DNA from: Marsupella aquatica
Taxonomy: Eukaryota > Plantae > Marchantiophyta
Assembly: GCA_973895155.1 (NCBI GenBank)
Contig: OZ316891.1
Coordinates: 5,427,708 to 5,491,707 of the forward strand
Direction of reading: 5' to 3'
Length of the DNA stretch: 64,000 bases
A model generated the notes under the pieces. The model made no database searches. It worked only from the letters and a program-made list of their open reading frames with translations, and had not been told where the DNA came from. The position numbers and the translations under genes are program-made. Positions 52,598 to 64,000 of the stretch are shown here, in pieces. Each line of letters opens with the position of its first letter. The first letter of the stretch is position 1.

Positions 52598-54718
52598 TTT
52601 TTAAAGGTAATATCTCAGCACGAATTTTGGCAAATCACTTGATTCGATTCTGTGTATTGATTATTTTGGACCAATAATAAAGTATTTGGTGGAATTGTAA
52701 TATCAGATGTTTTGCTCTACCCTGAACCCGACCCTGAATACAATATAAAGTAGTACTCGAGATCCAATCATTCATCTGTCAATGTCACTACTAAATCCAT
52801 TGCACTATGTAACTAAGCTTCCCATGAACAGGAATGGCCTGTGGTGTTTTGCATCGAGATCTGTGGATAGCGCTATACATACAGAAACCTTAGCACCTCC
52901 GAGAGAGGACGTCATACTGGCAGCAAAAAACATTGTCTGGGAATTTAGTCAGTCAGATTACATTCCAGGCTTTCTCAACCCCAGACGACGTGAAAATCTC
53001 TGTGAGCGTTGAAAATCTTTCCTACCACACTTACTACGTACGTTAATTCGTATATCATCCGTTCAGGATTGGAGATCTTAGTGAAAGTTGAATCTTGGTC
53101 TTAAAGTCAGGACAAATATCAAACATTGATTCGTCCAACATCCTGCCTACACTCAAGCTCTTTGTAATCATTCACCTGTGTTTCAGAACCTTTTTCGAAA
53201 CCTGGAGTCTGTGCCAATCATGGCACCTATCAGTACTTCGGCGTTTTTCTCTCTGTTTTCCCTATCGATCACCCAGTTCTTGTTGAAAACTTTCATTCGT
53301 GAAACAATATTTTCGCAGGCACATAAATTATGCTCACACTATGAATGTGGCAAGTAAATAGTGTGGCTCACACTATATTGGATCAGGAGCACTTTTTGGA
53401 GGCCCACAGAATTAGTGTGGGCCACACTAAATCAGATAAAGTGGAGACACGAACTTACATTGGGAGCCCCACATTCGGGACACAAGAGCTTTTTCAACAC
53501 TGACATTCGACACAACCATCGGCGACTCCCGCGGAGACTACCACGACACCTGGGAAACGCCGGTCGTTTTTTCATGATTCGAGTTAATTGGAACTAGAGA
53601 GGGTCGTTTTCGAGTTCCTCGTTGTCTTGAGACGCGGCAACAAATTAAATCACCTTCTAAGCTAAGCAGGTTACTGTTGTCCAATCAGAATCACCAGTGA
53701 TTGAACTAGAACTTCATGTTAGCTCCATACGGGAGAAAAGAAATGATGCCGTTTTGCAATCCAAGCGGGAATCCAAGCGTCGCCATCTTGCATCCTCTGA
53801 TCAATTGTGACCTTCACCTTTTCTATGGAATCCGCCATGCCAGTGAAGGAGTATTCAAAGCTACTGTAGGTGGGCATTTCCGTGTCCAGCTGGGTCCACG
53901 CTCTCGGATTCATCGAGCGCATGGCATGACCGTAGAACTGATCGACGGTTGTGTCCTCCTAGCTACGTCACATTCAGTAAAGCCCACCACGCCAACATTG
54001 TCTTTACAGTATCGCAGCGCTGCATCCCGTGGAGTCTGGCAAGGTTCGTACGAAATAGCTGGTACGATGCACGAGTAGATGAGACTCTGAAAGCAACTAC
54101 ACCGTGACCGAGCAGAAAGGATGACTACTGTAGGCCACTACAGGCATACCTCAGACAAGCAAGCTACAGGAACAAGATGAGAACCAGAGAGGCGATTGAA
54201 GGTCTGGTAGCATTTTGGCCAACTCGCGATGTACATTATTAATCTTCTTCTTTGACAAAGTGATATGGAGGCCGTAGGGACGTCATCCTACCTATGCTGT
54301 ACGTGTATTTCGCATGCAATTGATCCGTGATGCAGACGTACTTTGTTGTCCCGGCGGGAGCTATCGCTGCATTGGGCAACCTTCCAGTGAGTGGAATATG
54401 CATGCATTGGATCAATTTGGGCACAACCGAGTACTCAAAGGGGTGAGTGACAACCTGGAGCTCCCTTTGCAGAACTGAGCACAATCTACGTCCTCTTTCG
54501 TCCCTAGTCTGGCCCTAGAGCTATTCGTTTTGGTTCAGTACCGAATTACCGATATATTACTTCATGCAGTCACGCGACTACAATGAAGGATTGAATTGAC
54601 TGATTAGTACACAGAAAGAAAACGAATTGATTTCTGAAGTACAGAAAAGAGTGAATAATTGATTTCAAAAGTGCACAGAATCTCAGTATTAAGGGAGCAA
54701 TCCATGACTCATACATTT

Positions 54719-54746
54719 CATGAAATGAAATGAAATGAAATGAAAT
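54719..54746. repeat. (TGAAA)n microsatellite
   Basis: TGAAA x5. Confidence 0.9.
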
Positions 54747-54989
54747 AGAACATAAAGGGGATCATGTAGAATATGTGTTACAGCTTAATTCAAGACAATC
54801 ACAACTGGCGCCAAATAACATTATTATTACACTAGGCGTAAATGCTACTCGCCAACTATTATTTTTAATCATTTTTCAAGTTAGTCCATGTGAATCCTCG
54901 GAAGGCTGGGTGAAAGGTGGTTTTTGTACGTTAACATTAGCACACAAGCGTACCTTATAGTTGCCAGAATGCTTGATGGTCTGTAGCAA

Positions 54990-57900
54990 ATGGAATCCCC
55001 AATAATGGTCACTTCGACCAAACCCTGTTTGAACTTCATCAGCAATGCAGATACCGCCAGCCTTCCGCACATGCTCGTAAGCAGCAGGAAGGTATCCTGG
55101 AGCTAGCTCAACTGCTCCTCCAACACCCTATCACGAAGCTCTGCCAAATGTTAACCGTGATAACGAAACCTGCTTGGATTCCAAAAAGTAACATGTCATA
55201 GCAAACTGAATCGCAAGGCAATACCATGAATCTTGACCCCTCAGCTCAAAGAATGAGAAATGGCAATGATTACCTATTATTTCAGCGAAAAAGCCTGCAA
55301 CACTTCCAGGAGTAGAGGATTTGATCAGGCCTTTGATGTCCTCTGCATATTGCGTGCCGTCAGCACCAAAGTGGCTCTATAAGGATCTGGATTCAAAGCA
55401 TGATGTACTCCAAATCCCTGCATATCTGACACACACCTATACAGTACATCCAATAGTTGAGTGCTATAGAGATCTGACCTGCCTTGGTATTAGTAGGAAT
55501 GTACATCTTGGATCTACAGACATGCCGATCAGGGATTTTGCAATTAAAGGAGTATAGAAATACTTGTGACGTACCTGTGCAACATTATACTTCGAAGTGT
55601 TGTGAGTAGAATGACCCGGCCATTGTTGCAGGGCTCCTGCCATGGTAGGCAAGAGCAATAATGTCATAATTGCCAATGTACAGCCTCGCCATCAGCATTG
55701 CCATGTCTTCAGAGCCAAAATTAACAAAGTAGATCACCTGCAGTGGCCATACCAGTACCGATATCTCTTGTCAAGATTTCTCAGGGTATCTTTTACTACT
55801 TATCATCGGAGACCATAGTTCGAAACCATAACCTGTCTTGCTCGTGGATAAACTCAGAAGGAATGAGAGTAATCATAATTAACCTGCTGCCTTCAAAACA
55901 ACCGTGCAGACTTTGGCAGACCGGCGTGAGTAATAGGACAGACAAACATTGAATCTGGATGGTATTGAGAGAAAATTTGAAGACATGCATTAAAATGTGG
56001 TTTTTCATAACATACTGTACCCTCTTTTGTGCCGTGCCTGTTTAGTTTTGTAGACAGAGTTCTAAATGATCTGATGCAGAGATTATTCTAAACCCGATGT
56101 AAGCTTTCACTAGTAGCCACCTGAGAACAAACCGACAACATCAAGAACGCTTGGATCGGAGAGAGGACGGTACCTTTAAGTATCCCGGCATTTTCTCTGC
56201 AAGGGCCTCGGCAAAATCTCCAATGGCATGATGTAGGTAACTGGTGGTGGTATGCGGTAACAATTTTGTTTGGCGTACAATAGCGTCCACTACGTGTGGA
56301 TGACAGTGTCCGACTGACACCGTGACAATGCCAGCTAATGTGTCGAGGTAACGACGGCCATTTCATCAAAGAGATATTTCATTCGCCCCTTCAAAGTATT
56401 CACCTGAACGACAAGCAAAAAAGCTTCAGGTTCTACCGTATTGGTCCCGAAAGATCAAGAATCGAAGTTCTCCTGATAAGCTAACGGGATCTAGCAAGGG
56501 AGGTGCAATGAAGATTTCCACATTTCGCCGTCAAAACTGCATGCACATGGACGGGACAGAACTGGAAGCTGGTAACAAGAAAAGGAAGCAAATATGAGCT
56601 TGGTGCAGGAAATCTCGGGAAAACAACAATGGGTACAAGATCTTGGAGTAATAAAAGAGATTTCCCTTGAACATCTTAAAACACACTGCGAGAAGTTGAG
56701 GTTTGCAGAACGAAAACAGGAGAATATATTGGAAGGGCAATTTCCGTACAGGGTTCTTGTCATAGTGAAGGCCAGCTGGGTTGAGAAACAGCTGGTAATT
56801 AGGTAGCACTTCCTAAGTAGCCGGTCCCACATAAGGCTGCTGAGGAGTGAATCAACGGGAGGCATACCAAGACGGGAAGAGTTCACATTTGAAGGTGACG
56901 TTTAAACACACTGTGTAACCTTAAGCCCTGCTAAATAGACATAACCTTATCCCGAACTCCCCCTGTCTCCAGAATACGGAGTATTTCCCTTGAAGAACTA
57001 AAGTAACCCACACGAGGATATACGGCCCCATTAGGTTTCTCTGATCCACCCACGAACAATAGCTGTGGAAATTCCCCGAAGTCTAGTGGGCACTTTTCAT
57101 TGCCTTTCCAAATCCCAAGAATGAACCTTGGCCCCTTTCTAGTTCCTCCCTGATTTAGCCGAGTGGTACGAGAGCCTTGGCCACCTCAGAATTCCCAACC
57201 GCATTAGGGGGCATTCTACATGTACCCAGGCTCGAAAGTCGCCGAGTAGGAACAACACAAGCGCTCCAAATGAAGAATGACGAAGAGGAGAAAGAGATGC
57301 AGCTGCAGCAGTTCCCCATCGTCTGGCAATCCTGGACGACAAGGCTGCCATGCTCCTATCTGGTACTTCTCAGCTTCCCCTTTCCTTCTATACCACACCA
57401 CTCCAAACAGTTTTTCCAGAGAGCTCTCGCAGGCAGGAGATAGGGCACATAACTCAATTTAGTCAGACAACAAGAGGCTGTGTCTCCAAACAGCCCTCAG
57501 GCAGGAAAGCGAGGGAAACGAGAAACCGAGAGAACTGATCAATGTGACGAAATGCTGCCAAAGAGGGCAGAAAAAGAAAGATAACACGCCAAGGTATTCC
57601 ATAGAATAAAACATACAGAAAGACAACGTATTCAGTCACATAGTCACAACCGTACCGCAAAGAATTAGATCCGAACATGCTAACCTAAATAATAGGAACC
57701 AGCCAATAATATTTATGCATCGAATACGAATGTATTCATACAAGAGTATTCAACTGTTCTCTTTCCAATAATTAGAAATAAGAAAGCTACCACGGAAAGA
57801 AATATAGAGGTCTTGGTGTTGCTTCCTGCCTAAAATGTCTGCAGAATGACAATTGAGATGGTAGGCCTCTCAAGTATCCAATACGGAGAATGAAAAATTG

Positions 57901-58521
57901 AGATGGGATTACTCTCAAATATCTAACGTCGAACAATGAGATGGTATGCCTCTCCAGAATTTGGCAAAAGACGATAATCACAGGTACAAACATAATGAAA
58001 ATCATTATGACAATCACTTGTCCTCACTATGAGCAAACACAAATCTAGACGTCAGTAAATTAATAGAATACAACTTCCTTTTACATTAAATCTGACGGAC
58101 AGAAATTGTAGTGCCAGGACAGCGCTGTTGTGTCGAGGAAGTCTCCAAATAGTTTGGAGATTATCTAGAACTGAGTTTATGAGCTAAGCTGAGACAACGC
58201 GTGCTCCAAAACAAAAAAAGACAACGACATTTTGGAAAGAGAACATTACAACAATGTCAGAGGTACGAACTCCTTACAGGCTTCTTGTAGTAGTAAAACA
58301 GAGCTGAGGAAGTCCTTAGGTTTCGCCAAAACTTCCTCTGCAGACGGGCCAATGTATGGGTGTGGGGTGTCATCAAAGGGAGGGATCTGGGGAAGAGCAG
58401 AGTCCGAACTTTGAGTAGCTGCCTCAGCCACTAGACTCGAAGCGTCCGATTCAACCCAACACCGCTCCACATGGCAGAGTGGCAGAGTAGAGACACCGAT
58501 GCAGCAGCTGCGGAGCTCCAT
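54990..58521 (-). pseudogene. AGT2: Alanine:glyoxylate aminotransferase 2 (class III aminotransferase) pseudogene, 3'-truncated, with duplicated 5' end
   Basis: Exon relics LPQIPPFDDTPHPYIGPSAEEVLAK (~58400-58320), LFLNPAGLHYDKNP (~56790), [13 protein letters not shown]...[11 protein letters not shown] (~56340-56180), VIYFVN (~55735), [38 protein letters not shown] (~55128-55015). Frameshifts are present and the PLP-lysine exon was not seen. Confidence 0.85.
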
Positions 58522-61500
58522 CGCCTTCCTGTCCTTCGCGGCTGATTATCTATCATATATAGAGAAATCCCCCCTCAAGGCTTTAGCTCTGGACCAAAAT
58601 GCACCCATGCTTTCTGAACAGAATGCGTGTGAGAGGCGAGTGTCAGTAACTCAATTTGGCACGAAAAGACGAGCAGTATCGAGATATAGAGAGAATGTGG
58701 TATGAGCCAGAGAAGGGATGGTCAAAGAGAACAAATGAGAAATATGGAGAGAAACAAAGAATGACCCAAAGTCACACCTCTCTGACTCGAGAAACAGAGG
58801 CAGGAAAGATTTAGTCAGACGAGTCGAAATTCCATCAGCAATTCGGACAAAGAGAAGAAAAGTTTTAACGTCGAAAGTCTGGAACAGCAGAAAGAGGGTG
58901 AGAGAGGAAAATTGCAGAGAGAAGATCAATTGTGGGGGTTTGGCCTAAAAATGATTTGGGCCATTTCCATAGTTCCTCACCCAAATGCACGGTGTATGAA
59001 CCAGATGTAGACATTATTGCTGAAGCCATTATTGTCAAGGGTAATGGGATGATTTTAGCTATTTCCAGGTTCGCTTAACCAGTGAAGCTTTTAGTTGTTG
59101 CTTTCAGATTTGGAATTCTATCTTACAAACTGAGCTCTCAGCTCCTAAGGCCCTCCCATTACTCGACCAACAACCTACGTTGATCTTGCTCAAACAATAA
59201 ATGTTGCTTGCTAGGTCACGGGAGTTCCTCACCAGGCAGCATATGTAATGCATCTTAATTGGCCTAGCTTGATATGTATTGAACCACTCTTTGAGCGAAG
59301 TTACTCGAACAACTATGCTGAAAGTGCAGGATCATTACCTGCCATGCAAAAGACAGATCAAAGTACAGTACTCAGTCTTAGTAACGATGTACCATCGGTC
59401 ATTTCAAAATTTCAAAAAAACAAGGGGAGTGGCAGGAACACAGAGGCACTGCCCATCGATTCACCTGGAATTAGGTTCCCAGAATTTCATCATTGACAGC
59501 GAGAGAGAGGACAGTAGAGAACCAATGAATCACACTAAACGTTCACAGCAGAACAAGTTGTCAACTCTGCAAACTTGAAAGTTATTGCAATGTCAAAGCT
59601 TCCACGCACCGTTGCATGACTGGGTTGTTCAGCAAACAATCAGACCTGCGCAAGACACAGAGCGACAGTGACTGAAATTCCAATCAGTCATCAAGATCAC
59701 TTAGACTTAGCTACCAAGGGGTTACAGCAGACTCTGGTTTCCAAAATGAAGCAAACAGTATCACTCTCATGTACTGTTCGCTCCAAAGTACATCAATCCC
59801 CAAATAAGTGGCAACCAAGAAAAAGCAGATCGCTGTTCTTCAATGCAGAATTCAACGTCACATGCCAGATGCAAATGCAAATTGCAAATCTACAGTCCAT
59901 ACAGCTTGCATTAATTAATATACTCATATAAAGTCCATCTAGGCTTCTTTTCAACAATAACAGTTGGTCTGGAAACTGAGCACACGTTCATCCACTCAAT
60001 TGGGTCCCAGAAAGTCCTCTGCTTTTGCAGGGCTGGGGTTATATAAAGACCACCTTAGACTACTCAAGTGTTTACCATTCTACCTGACACTCAGGTATTT
60101 ACAACAACAATATACAATAGTAGTATCGTTTGTATATATTTATGCAACATGGTTTACAAACGGAAAGGGAAGGAAATTTTATTGTTAAAATGCTACTGGC
60201 CATATATGAGGAAGGAGTGTCCCAGACTTCTTCCATTTTCCACATTCCACTCTCACCCTCGACCCTGCCCTTTTTCCTCCAGAGCCTGAATGCCCGTTCT
60301 TTGAATGACAAAAAGAGTGGATGATAATCATTTGAACATACATCCTACCCATGAGTCTTTCCATCCACAGGGTCATAGAGTTAAGGTTTAGAGACTTCAC
60401 TTTAGAAGCCTAGACCCCAACTCTAGCTTGAGGTTTGCACTTTATAAGTAAAATTCCAGGAGAAAATTACTATCCAGGGTTAGTCATGGCTTGTCGTGGT
60501 TTTAAGGTAGGCGTCCTTGCACCCATGTCACAGGATTTGAGCATACTTATGCCAAGGAATGGCAGCACAGCATTGAAGATAAAAACATTGGTGGAGTTGG
60601 TATTTATTCAGGAGACAATGTTGTCAGTATTTGGTGCTCTCTCTCTCATGAAATGAGTGAAGTGCAAATCACTTAAATTACAGTAAATGTTTTTTCTTGC
60701 TTGCTGCATTTGTTATCCACCACAAGAAGACAAGAAGCAATCCCAAGGAGCCTCCTGTACTCAGCTGCCCACATTTGTTACACTTGGAATCCAATATTTT
60801 TCAAAGGCATACTAGTATGAATGTATCTAGCTTTTGGGTGATGTGAATATCACAACTTCTAGGGCCAACAAGTTTCGAACTCTGCAAGTGTAGTGTCCCA
60901 CTCAGCCCTACTACCACCCTGGGGAAGCTATTGACCTCACCCAATCACTCCTGGTATTTATCATCAAAACAGGATATCATATATATGGGCAGCGGGCAGC
61001 ACGTATGGGGTAATTAATGTGCAAGGCTCTTAATTAGCCTCTAGTTTGCTTTTTGTTCATAATCATTGCTTTAGGCCAAAGAATCATGAGTCAAGTAGGA
61101 ATGTAATTGTTGTTTCTATGCAATGGGAATCTGTCCTACAAGTGATGAGGTTAGGCCCATATAAAAGATGGATCCTCATTTGAGGACTGTCTGAAGTAAT
61201 TGTTAGAAATCTTAGTGAGAGTGTGAGTAACCGAGGTGGAGGGTAGGCCTGAACAAACACTAGGTTAAAGTTACATTTACAAGAATATTATACTAGCAAA
61301 GTCCCTCCCAAACTCAAACGCGTTCGTTTAAAGTCAGCTCCAACACAACCTGTCTCCCTTCTCACCTCTTGTGAGGAGTCAAGCTTAACTTTATCAGACT
61401 TGAATCTAACCGTGAAACCTGCATTAACCACTCTGCGAATGGTACATTTAATTCAGATAATGAGTACCTTTTGTTCAACAAATGCTGACCTTTCTGGGTG

Positions 61501-61852
61501 ACACAGTATGTCCATGGAAGTCCTGAAGTCAACTAATGTTCTGGGCCGGGCACAAACTTCTAACCTTGTTGAGGCCCCCAACACATGTGCTATTCTACAC
61601 TTTTTCTTCTGTAAGTGTGTATAAGTCTTGTGAAGCTTAGTGAACCATATAAAAGACCCAAAAGAACAAAAGGCATCATAGTGGGAGCCGGAATGGGAGA
61701 GAGGATACCAAAGGCAAGAAACCCAATATGGGAGAAAACAAGGGGGAAAACCTGCAAAGACCAAAGAGCCAAAGAGCCCCCAAACAACAGCCAAAGAACA
61801 AGCACTAGTGCCCTACTAAGAAACAAACTGAAATGTCTAGTAGAGCTCCTAA

Positions 61853-63086
61853 GAGCATTCCCACCCGTCCTGTAAAGTGACGGGCCTGCCACCCAAATCC
61901 AGTGCCATCCTTAAATTACCCGGATTTTCTACCCCACCGGACCCCGCCATCAACACCGGTATTTTTTAGGCCAGCCAGAATTGGACCCCAGCGCGCCAAT
62001 TTTGGGCTCAACAAGCGGGCGCCATCCCGGCCGGTTCAGCCTCGGTATTCAAAATCGACGGTCACTATTTGCACTTGTGGAGTAAATCGACGCACATTGT
62101 TCATTCATATACTCTTCCTTTCCTCTGTTCATTCTTCGTGTGGTTAGTGTACAATGTTCTGTTCTGTGTGTTTGTGACTTTCCCTGCCGTCGAGTCTAAG
62201 TGTTTCCTTTGAGTGCTCTGCAGAATGGCTGAGATTAGCAAATCTCAAGGCCAAAACTTTGCGTCTGCAGAGTTGAAGCAGCTCTGCTGCTCTTGGATGC
62301 ACATATCTCAAGATCCAATTGTCGGGGCTGGACAGAGAAACCTGACTTTTTGGGATCGTGTAGCAGCACAATACAATGAGCATCGACCTTGAGGCATGCA
62401 AGAGAGAGGCTCCAGATCCTTGGAGAGCAAATGGGGTGAAGTAAAGCACGATGTCGCTAAATTCTTTGGTGCATTTACCAATGTTGTGGACCTTCGTTTG
62501 TCAGGATCAAACCAGGAGGACACCTTGCAGAAAGCCAAGGAACTTTACGTAAAGAAGCATCCGAAGGGAAAAGAATTCGCTTTCATTGAGTGTTGGTACC
62601 TGCTCAAAGAGTGCCCTCGATTTTCAAATACAGTCGACGATATGGCATCCAAGGGGAAGGGGAAGCAGAAGGGGAAGAAGGCAGGATAGAGGGAGAATGC
62701 GCTGCCAAGCCCTCATACTCCTGAAGAAGTCAACAAACAGCCAAGCAATGTGGACCGAGGGTGAGTACACAAAAGATGGAAGCAATAGTGTCAATCACCG
62801 ACCACTTGGCAATGAGGCTGCCAAGAAACTAAAAGCCGAGGAGTGTGCCTTCAGAATTGCAGCGTATGCACAACGTGACATGGCCGCCAGCAACGCAAAG
62901 AGATTGAAAATTATGGAGGAACAAAACTTCCAGAACTTGTTTAGCTTAAGAGCAGCAGATGTTGACGAGGAATGCCAAGAATTTTTTAAGATGCAGAGAG
63001 CACCTCGGGGGTCTCACTCCGTGAAAATCTCATATCACGTGCGACGAAGTATAGGGTCCGTTAATTGGGTTTCTCGGAAGACTTAA
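61853..63086 (+). mobile_element. PIF/Harbinger DNA transposon left end with decayed Myb/SANT (NAM-associated) ORF
   Basis: TAA followed by TIR-like GAGCATTCCCACCCG at 61853. The ORF from 62225 reads GQNFASAELKQLCCSWMHISQDPIVGAGQRNLTFWDRV...SLESKW...FIECWYLLKECPRF, with internal stops. The right TIR and transposase were not seen. Confidence 0.8.
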
Positions 63087-64000
63087 GAAGATTTGTGTAA
63101 GAACAATAGGGCCAACTTTATATGTTGGACAACTTGTAAGAATAATAGGGATATTAATATTTTTGACTTTGTAGATGGAAGGCATACAAAGAAGTTAGGG
63201 GGTCTTTGTGTCGGACTATATAAAGTACACGTGTCACTATGTCATTGGTACACGTGGCACACATAACATTCCCAATATATTTTCCTAATTTTTCTAATAT
63301 GTTAACATGGCAAGAATTTGAGAATGATCTGGTTTTATGTGGACTCACGTTTAGGGTTTGACCGGGATTAAGTTTGAAATTTTTCTGTTTAACATGTCGT
63401 TTACCTCAATTGGCCCTTGTCAGTCTCCTCCTGTGTCGTTTCCCTCCACTATCCCTTTGGCCCCACCCGCTCTTTGCCTCAATAGAGTCTCTTTTGTTTG
63501 TACCTTGCAGCAAATGGTCTAAACAGGGTCTAAACTAGTTGTGCTCCTGCTTGGAGTGAAGGTCGGATCGAGCGAGAGTGTGCATTGAAATGATCAAAGT
63601 TTAAGGTCGACAAAGGTGCAAGCACTGTTGCAGGGCGTGCCATGTCTGACATACGACTTCACAAGGTACTGACATAGACTTATCTTTTCTTTCTAGGCAT
63701 TTTTTATTGATATGTGACACTTTACTTCACAAATTATAGGGGCAATACAATTTGGATTTTAGACTCTTAGAAGAAAGAAAGAGGGAGGAAAAAAAATTCA
63801 ACTTAATAAGTATGGGGGTCTAGGCATGAAAACGTCGCAGGTGATGGGGGGGTCCTCCATATAGTGAGACCCCCGAGGAGAGCACGAGAGCTAGAGAAGT
63901 TCAAGAGAAGACTTGTCATGGAGGAAGATGATGTTTCGATTTCCAATAGACGACCTGATTGTCCCCCACACGAGCCAGCACCTACATGCAATTTTGTCAA

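Noticed and set aside
63803-64000. Harbinger transposase at the window end
   Set aside because: No DDE transposase motifs were recognisable in the available sequence

Overview
Eukaryotic land-plant nuclear DNA with GT-AG introns. A non-flowering plant such as a bryophyte is plausible but not provable from the window. The right part (25.6-64 kb) is ordinary host DNA: a full-length ABCB transporter (-), two XTH genes (+), a mitochondrial atp1 insert, a fragmented AGT2-type aminotransferase pseudogene (-), a Copia RT relic and the left end of a PIF/Harbinger transposon. The left part (~2-24.6 kb) is an accessory island whose recognisable genes all lie on the + strand. It holds two diverged, paralogous, spliced and now disrupted giant genes. 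Each reads: ParB/Srx (DGQHR-like) domain, degenerate beta-class N4C/N6A DNA-methyltransferase-like domain, charged linker, FCP1/NIF HAD phosphatase. Gene A also has a Ulp1 SUMO-protease exon, and F-box ORFs sit at both ends of the island. Each gene has its own array of a distinct palindrome: CACGGAAC-N3-GTTCCGTG upstream of and in introns of gene A, and TTGCCTCGCCC-N3-GGGCGAGGCAA in introns of gene B. This resembles a ParB/parS-type protein-site pairing. A 2-kb TIR element with a TTAT target duplication and a third palindrome array (CCGATAAATTTATCGG) is nested in gene A. No transposase for the island is visible in this window. All domain calls are by-eye motif recognition and need HMM or structure confirmation.
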